A stretch of DNA of 62,855 bases, filler included, from Sphacelaria rigidula (Eukaryota): NCBI GenBank assembly GCA_964200075.2. It is 9 parts of 9 records of this genome, joined end to end, with 100 filler letters (N's around TTAATTAATTAA, not from the genome) between each part and the next. Parts side by side here need not be neighbours in the genome. Positions count along the whole stretch, not along the records: positions 48,966 to 55,860 come from CAXNAA020017542.1; positions 55,961 to 62,855 come from CAXNAA020017543.1; 7 more parts are not named here. The stretch is one strand, 5' to 3'. Made by a program: the position numbers and the translations under genes. This document shows positions 55,122 to 62,855 of this stretch, piece by piece. Under the pieces are notes generated by a model that did no database searches, was not told the DNA's origin, and saw only the letters and a program-made list of their open reading frames with translations. Within the stretch, counting starts at the first letter, position 1; every line of letters begins with the position of its first letter.

Positions 55122-57125
55122 AAAAAATCTGGCCCTCCGAAGAAGATAAAAGGCTCAAACAGTCCAGGGTTCCTCTTCAAAAATGCAATGACTCCACCAT
55201 GATTATTTACAGTGCAGTGTACTGTAGAACGGCGTTCCATAGGTGACCCGATCCACCAGGCATATATCCATCCCGTAACACGTGGATGCTAGAGTATCAA
55301 GTTCATTTTCAGGGGGCATCTCTTGAAGCAAAAACGTGCACTGCATAGAGCAGTTCGGCAGTCAGTAAGTAGAGTGAGGTCAATACCAGAGAGTGCTTGC
55401 TGACTGTAAAGCCGCCCGCGCATCGGCGCCAGCGAAGACTTCTGGCTCAAATCGCGTGCAGCGCAGTTTTCGATAATGGCTGTGTGCTGCTTGCCGAACA
55501 TGAAAAATTAGGGCTCAAACTGTTCGCTAATTGGGGGCTGTTCTACGCGCTGTTTTGTACGTCTTGACACGGAGATCCTAACTTTCTAGCCTCCGGCAGC
55601 AACTACTCGTACGGGGGGGGTGAATCTACGCGGGCGGCACCCAACGGGGGGGCGCAGATCGCCTCCGGCTCTCGTCTGCGCTGGCACAATCGCAGTTTCC
55701 GCGAGTTTTTTCAACCCTGGTTCGTACTGTCTGTTGTGCTTGTGTACAGAACAACAAAAGCATAGCTGGATCACAGGTCCTATAGCATCCAACCCCTTAG
55801 CCTCCCCTCTTCCAGACAAACACATCTCTCTCCGCTACTATACCCCACGTCCGCCACCCANNNNNNNNNNNNNNNNNNNNNNNNNNNNNNNNNNNNNNNN
55901 NNNNTTAATTAATTAANNNNNNNNNNNNNNNNNNNNNNNNNNNNNNNNNNNNNNNNNNNNCCTTGTCCAACCACCGGTTCCTCCTTCCACCACGAATCGA
56001 CTCCAAATTTCCAGCCAACAATTGGCCCAAACACCCCCCCCCCTATCGTAGGATGACTCATGAAATCTTGGCGTTTACATCCATCTGCTAGGTCTCGCCC
56101 TACCCTCACTATACGGTACCTAGCTATACAGTAGTAGGGAACTGCGGAGTGTAAGGTCCTCATGATTTTTAACCGGGGGGTATCTTCGCAAATTCTCGCT
56201 CACCGATTATTGTAGTGGTGAGACGCCATGCTCATATCTACAAGCGGTACAGCTGAGGTATTGCAGCATACCAGTTCAAGGACAAGGGTATATTTTTGTT
56301 CTCCTTTACTCTCAAATGGCGCAGTGAACGTATTGCGGCATGCCCAGCGAGAGGCATCTCTATTGCCTAAGCAATGAACCAAATTCAAAAGAAAGGTTGC
56401 GGTGCACTATCAGAAGGTACAAAACCAGAGTAGAAATGTAGAAATGTGCCGGTATACCTGCGAAAGGGCTGGCTATTTGTTTCAAAACAAAGAAATGATG
56501 CGGGATAAATTCGACACACCAGTAAACATACAGTTATTTTGCCATACGTGAGGGACAGTATGGGTATTCCAAACAACATTCAAGAAACACAAGTGTTTTC
56601 GTTGTGCAACAAATACATACGTGATAAAGGTATAGAATGAAATTGCGGCATAGCAGTAACAAAATACATGCGTAAGCCTGGGTGCATTTGCACAGCACTA
56701 CATAGGCACGTACACTACACACCGGATGCTGTGTCCATAAGAGTGGCCCCTGTCGCGTCCTGACCTCACTTCTCATCATAGTGAGCCCCGCTAAACGTAC
56801 AGAGCACTTCTAGAGTAATAGTAGCAGGCAGTGACTGTAAGCCTGGGTGCATTCGAACAGCACTACATAGGCACGACAGCCATCCGTGCACCCACGTACA
56901 AACGGGATACGTGCATCGGAACACCTTCACGTAAGCAGGGTGACGTAAAAATCTCCGGTGATATCAAGATCATCTCACAGAAAGCAGCCGACATCAATTT
57001 TTCCATGATGACTTCCGAGTTCCGCCTCCCTCCCTTATCGTTGTGGAAAACGCAAAAAAAATAATAAAAATATACGTTCACGACCAAAAAGAGCAGGAGC
57101 GACCGCACCAAAAACCAAAGGCTTC

Positions 57126-57447
57126 GTTTTTGTGGTCACCCTTTTATTTTAATTTTAACCTCTTCTCTTCCTCGGCACGAGTCCGTGGTCTAATGGTCTC
57201 GCGAGACCGACCCATCTTCCCCCCAGATACACGCCTTGTCTATTGGTCTCGTGGAACCACTCCCGCATCACATCAACTCTTGTCTTCAAACGAAGTTAGT
57301 CAAAACAAAACATTTTTGCCTCTCAAGTCTTGACGCCTTTTCAACGACGCATATCTTGCAGGAAAAGAAAAAAATCGCTTGGCGGGAGTCGAACCCGCGT
57401 GAAACAAAACCTTAAGGGCGTCAAGTGTACCGTTACACCACCGGGGC
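57126..57447 (-). mobile_element. tRNA-derived SINE (family 2)
   Basis: Minus-strand head GCCCCGGTGGTGTAACGGT...GGTTCGACTCCC. The body CTTCCTCGGCACGAGTCCGTGGTC is shared with 43045-43352. Confidence 0.7.
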
Positions 57448-59436
57448 GCGGCGTCTCTTCTTGTAACAGTAACCAGGTTTGTTGCCGTTTAGCAAATAGC
57501 ACAAGCACTTTGCCTACCCTCTCTCTAAATATGTATATATATATACAGAGAGAGAGAGCGAGAGAGAGAGAGAGAGAGATTGCCGCCACATCCCGACGGT
57601 GAAATCCGCACAGCAACGACCGCATTGGGCAAATTTCGTGGGCTAGAATACCCGCAGATGAAGTGGAGTCTTCGGAAACAGAATCTGGTTACTGTCGTCG
57701 ACAGCGTGAGACTGTGTTCACAAATGCTCAATTCTTTGAATTAAAAGTCGACGAACTGCGGTAGTACGGGATTCAACGCCCTGTGATACCATTCGAAGTG
57801 CAAGTACCGGGGGAAAGGGAAAGATGGCTTAAACCGCTCAGACGACGACGGATCCGTCCCAAAAGAAGGACGAAGAACAAACGAAAAAAGGAAAAAGAGT
57901 TGTGTACGCTCCACTGCCCACCATCAGCCCGTTCTCATGACAACCTTTTTTTTTTCCGCTAGAGCATGACGATTAAAGAAGGAAATTACACGATGTTCAG
58001 ACATTTATTGGTCTATACCCTAAGTGGACACATACCGACCGGGATGTGTGTTACGGGTTCTTGTCCAAGCACCGGGATCCTTTTTGCCACCCTGTTCGGT
58101 TTTAGCCCTATACATTCGCTTCTTTTCTTCGCTTGGATCTTTTCATCCCCCGCCCTCCTCAGGAACAGTGCGTAGTGGTTCGAGTGGCACACTCGGCATC
58201 TATATATAGAAATCGTGGCGGGGTAAAACCCGTGCGAACCTTGGCGGACAGCTGGTACCGGGCCACGATACGAAGGGTAGTGTAGTACATTTGGAGTCGC
58301 CGTCGATACCACAGCTGGATTATGGCCACCGCCTTGTTCATCTCCATCAAAGATCGGGCCTGAAACACGAAACGATAATGGGGAACACACGCAGTATTTT
58401 CACATCTCTTCCGCCGTCGGTCGCGAAAAGGGTGTGTGAAGTTGCAAATTGTCAAGTCAGATGCGCGTCAAGATTGCGGTATGGGGGGAGGAGGAAAAAA
58501 CAGCCGTGTGTGTGTGTGTGATCGAGAAACATGGAAAATGATCCTAAAACGCGGAGCAAGGCGCCCGGGGTCCCGTGGATTATGGAGTACTCCCGCTGGG
58601 GCCGAGGTAGAAAATCCGGCCTGACCCTCGACTTTCGCAATGAAAAACGCCCTGAACTGCTATCAGAAGAGAGCTTGATCACCAAGATTATCCACGCAAT
58701 ATTTCTGACGGCATAACGGCTGGCGCCGTGGGCACTGCAGTTGATTAGAAACTGAGCTTACTTGTATCAAACCCCACTGGATGAGTGCACTCCGTAACCT
58801 GCGGTACATTTAGTGCTGCAAGCCAGCGAGGGAAAAAGAATGCGTGGGGTTCGAGGGAAAAGAGTGAGATATATTTTTTCGCACGCGAACACGGGAAAAA
58901 CAAAAGCCGCCAGTGTAGGGGATATCGTGCTTAGTTGACGTGCTTGATGTGCTCGATATGCAGTGGTAGAGCGTCATTGTATGCACAAGGGAACAATCTC
59001 AGCAGGGGTTTTGCACAGGAATGGCGACTTAGTCAGGAATCAACAACTCTCAATGTCAATTTCATGAGAAGTAACCGGAGCCATTTGGAAATGGGGCCAC
59101 CATCTGCGGGTCCTTTGTTTATATGGTGATGGTAACCATGCAGAGCACGAATGTTTCCAACGAGCGGACGAAATGTACTTCGTCTGAAGTTCACGTGCTT
59201 CAGGTGTAATTGGTTCGTACCGTACGAGTTAATCCTTGGGCTTTGCTTTCAGCTGTGCACCCCAGGTACGCGCAAAAATGTCGTGAAGACTTGTTTGGCC
59301 CGCGATCAAATGTTCCTTTCTCCTTGGAGCAATAAGGCTTCAGGAGTAGTAGATTTGGTGATTCGAACCAGCGATGATTCGCCTGACGCTTGTATATTTC
59401 CCGATTCCTTTCCTTCTGGTGGCATGCGACGAGCTC

Positions 59437-59481
<45 letters not shown>

Positions 59482-59496
59482 TTACTACTACTACTA
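59437..59496. repeat. (CTA)n microsatellite, ~20 units; also (TA)n(GA)n at ~57534-57579 and (TA)n at ~49444-49464
   Basis: Directly visible. It explains the poly-T, poly-L, poly-V and poly-S ORFs in the track. Confidence 0.95.
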
Positions 59497-61365
59497 GGGA
59501 AGGCTTTGTTTGCAAACACGATCGTCGGGCGATTGCGTGGCGGAAGAGAAATTAAATGCTTGATCAATGCCGGTGAAGAACCTGTGACGCCGGTGGCTCG
59601 TTGGCGTCATGTGGGAGCTACAACATATCTTCCTGCAGTCCGTCACTGGCAACAAGCCGTAATGGGGGGGGGTGCTCATGAACTCGCCCGCCGTAGTCAT
59701 ATACTATTGATCTCGCATCCCTACCGAACCGGAACGGAGCACGCCGGGTCTTCGCCGGACCAGGCTCGCAATCACCAAGCGCGAAGCGCCGTGGTGTGTT
59801 CGGCGAGCCGCATGAGGGATGACCTACATCCTAACGAGACTGTTCGGCCCGAAGCGTATTATCGTGCATATGGATAACAACCTCGAATGAGCTGGTATCG
59901 TCACTTCCAGAGCAGATATGGGTTACACTGCTTCATGGGCGTCTCAACATACAAACATTGCATGATACGATCATCCCCTTTTCGCGGAGTTGACGTTCTC
60001 CGCCCCGCGCAATAAGATCTGAGGGGGAGGAAGGGGGTGAGGGAGGGGGGCAGTGCCGTCCATGTTGAATGTCTGCACGTTAAGCCTCCAGCGCCCGCCT
60101 CCTTCCACCCCCCCGCCCCGTCCCTTTCCGTCCGCCCGCCGTTGACCCCTTGAACCACGAGTCGAGAGAATGTGGACTTGCATATAAAATATTCATAGCC
60201 GTTGCGCAGTCAACTGGGACCCCTATATACGTTTTTTGGTTCACTGTCATTGGTTAAGTGATATGTGCATTGATTTTGGCCTACCGGTGCTCCGGCAGCA
60301 AAAATCCCAACGTCACCTTGGCTAAGCGTTCGCGAAACGTGACGCTAGACACCCACAATAGTACGTGAAATCTGCCGATTCCATACGTAATACTTCGGAT
60401 AGCAAACGACGGTGAAGATAAACCGCGCTCAAACATCGAACCCGCGAGAAAAAAGAGCGAAACAAAAGTACCTCGTTTGGAGAAATAAACGCAACTATGA
60501 CTGACTGGAGCAAATGCCCGTTCATACATGGAGCAGTTTACCGTGTACAACGATCGTTCTGTAAAAGCGGTTTTGGAAACAATATATTCTGACCTTTCGG
60601 GGGACCATTCGAATGAAATGCATTTGAGCAACGACGGTGAAGACGCACCGCATGGTCAACAGCACCATAACGCTTGCCTACAGGGGAAAAGGAAGCCGGT
60701 CGTGCATGGTGTCCGACGATCTGACATTTTAGCGTGCAGCTGCAGCAGACAAAATTCCCTCGCACTCCACCTTGCACTCTCGACATCTCTCGAACATCGA
60801 CAGAATTCACTAGCATGTCATATTCAAACTGCATGAAAATCCTCTACCGTTCTCGTTGAAATTGGTTTCATAACTTGAGTCTCAGTTTGCACCTCCCATA
60901 ATACAGAATATTATAAGAACTAGTCATTTTTATCATTCACCGTGATTCCCTCATTGACTCTGTGAAAATAATCCGGACATTACCGGAGAATAGATTTCCA
61001 TCTTTGAAGCGACAAATAATAATCCTTGTGTGCGTTGGTCGTGTCTCGGCGAGTGAAAAATCCACATCGCTTGTGTCGCAACCACATGAAAAAAAAAGGT
61101 CCACGTGTGCACTTGAAATTCTACTTTGTCGTTCTCTGTTAACGCCAACGGATATATGCCGTAGGTTTTCCTTGCCGCTATGAGGGGTTTGTTTCCCGAC
61201 GCTGATGTCCAAAGAAAGTCGTATCGTTCCTTGTTTGTCTGATTCAAACAAGGCGAACAGGAGTTGTGTTTTCCCCTGTATTCGCGAAGTGTTATGTTGC
61301 TACCTTGTACGTATAGCACATGCATAGATATACATACAAGTATCCTTTATTTTTTGTGCACCTTC

Positions 61366-61605
61366 GACACTTTCTACGATAGTCCCCCCCCCAAAAGTGC
61401 ATGATTTTGGGAGGCGAAATCTTCACGTAAATCGAAATGGGAGAAGCCGAGCACAACGAGAAGCTGGGCATTCCCACGCTTGGGTTCGTTCTAGCCAATG
61501 CCGCCAATATGAGGCGCTTCATGCAGCCTNNNNNNNNNTGTATGGCCATTTTTTTCGTGACACTTTTGAGCTGGTTTTGGGGGGGGGGCTATCGTAGAAA
61601 GTGTC
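61366..61605. mobile_element. Non-autonomous TIR element with ~30-bp TIRs and a 4-bp TSD (CTTC)
   Basis: GACACTTTCTACGATAGTCCCCCCCCAAAA pairs with TTTTGGGGGGGGGGCTATCGTAGAAAGTGTC. CTTC occurs at 61362-61365 and 61606-61609. Confidence 0.7.
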
Positions 61606-62100
61606 CTTCAAGGGGTAATATCGATCTTTCAGGCCTGGCACTCCTCTTCCCCCGCTCACTTGTGGAGCAAAACTCGATGGTTTCCACGTTGGCCGAAACA
61701 TTCTGTCGGAATGCGCTCTGAATGCCTCTACAGTCGGTAGCATGAGCTTCAGGAGTTCACTCGTGCGCATATGTACTCCTTGGCGGGCGCGATTGTTTCA
61801 ACGTCTTTTTTATCCATGAGGAATTGAGGTGATCTGCCGACCACTCCGCGACTCAAGCCATTTTTTTTCTTCCATTCATCACTCTAGCTCGATTTCTGTA
61901 ACACGCGATGAACTCTTATTTTCTCAGAAATGTTCACATACTCACATCATGATGAGTCGTACACTTTGTATCCCTTGAACCACCTTGAGTGTAGAGGCCT
62001 GACTCCGTCTGACAACTCAATTACTTGGATTGAGATTACCCTCCCCCCCGGAAAACGACGAATAATACAGTTTTGAGGGCAGAGTTGGGAAAGCACTCAT

Positions 62101-62811
62101 TTACAACAGAGACATGAGAAAGCGATGGCAATATAACCTAAAGAATATGCAGAGAAAAAGATTGCCAGCTATAGTTGATAGGGCTGTATGGAAGAAAAGT
62201 ACGAAAGGGAAGGCTGGAATAAGGTGCGATAGGCAAGTCAACAAGTTATGGAAGGGGATAGGAGGAAACCAAGACGAAATACTGTCCATAGATGAAGGCG
62301 CAGGATAAAAGACAAAAGTATGAGAGATATGATAGAAAAAAGGGGAAAAGGAGCGCTCAGACGCAAAGTAGACGAGGAAGAAAACCTGCAGATATACGGG
62401 CGGTTGAGAGAGGAGATAAGGATATGGCAAAGCAATAGAGAGAATTAGTCATATAGTGGCAGAATGTAAACTTTTCAAGGAGGAACGGGACGTGCTAGAG
62501 GGGGAAATGCGGGACGTGAACGAAGATGGCCTGAAGTTGTTTGATGCATTAGAAAGTAGGGAGGAAACAATGGCTATACTAGGAGATAGATTGCGGCCAC
62601 AGACGGCGAAACAGGGCGGTGACAGGATATGTAAAATGTTTTTGTATAATGTATGGAAGAAATGTAATGAGCGCCGGAATGTTGAAAGTGTCTCTATTAA
62701 GAGTAGGAACGGTGCTCCGTCTCGGAAGGGATGCGTGGTCAATGGTTAAACGACTAAGGCCAGCAAACAAATGAGTACGCACGTATCTAGCCGCCCCCCC
62801 CCCCCCCCCCC
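62101..62811 (+). mobile_element. Degraded 3' end of a non-LTR retrotransposon (LINE) ORF, ending in a C-rich tail
   Basis: Frameshifted coding remnants: WQYNLKNMQRKRLPAIVDRAVW...HIVAECKLFKEERDVL...AILGDR...FLYNVWKKCNERRNV...RNGAPSRKGCVVNG, followed by ATGAGTAC and poly-C. The same 3' end recurs as 5'-truncated copies in other contigs. Confidence 0.75.
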
Positions 62812-62855
62812 GCCATCCGCACGCCGCTTATCGATCCGCCCGGCGCAGGCCCCGC

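Overview
Eukaryotic nuclear DNA, most likely from a brown alga (Phaeophyceae). This is inferred from long GT-AG introns, stramenopile-type genes and abundant shared SINE/LINE/MITE families. The window is not one locus: it is nine contigs of exactly 6895 bp joined by eight identical 100-bp N/TTAATTAATTAA/N linkers, so nothing can be inferred across gaps. Contig 1 holds six internal exons of condensin II subunit CAP-D3. Contig 2 holds a complete 3-exon S-adenosylhomocysteine hydrolase gene, head-to-head (270 bp ATG to ATG) with the first exon of a spliced, bacterial-type MinE, probably from the mitochondrial Min/FtsZ division system. Contig 3 has a modular protein built from symmetric phase-1 exons (8-Cys module, Pro/Thr/Ser linker, 8-Cys module). 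Contig 4 has a WW-like terminal exon and a ~1.08-kb-arm inverted duplication with one apparently intact orphan gene and one decayed copy. Contigs 6 and 7 each carry the 3' part of a low-complexity, regulator-like gene. The rest is mostly transposon-derived or unassignable.
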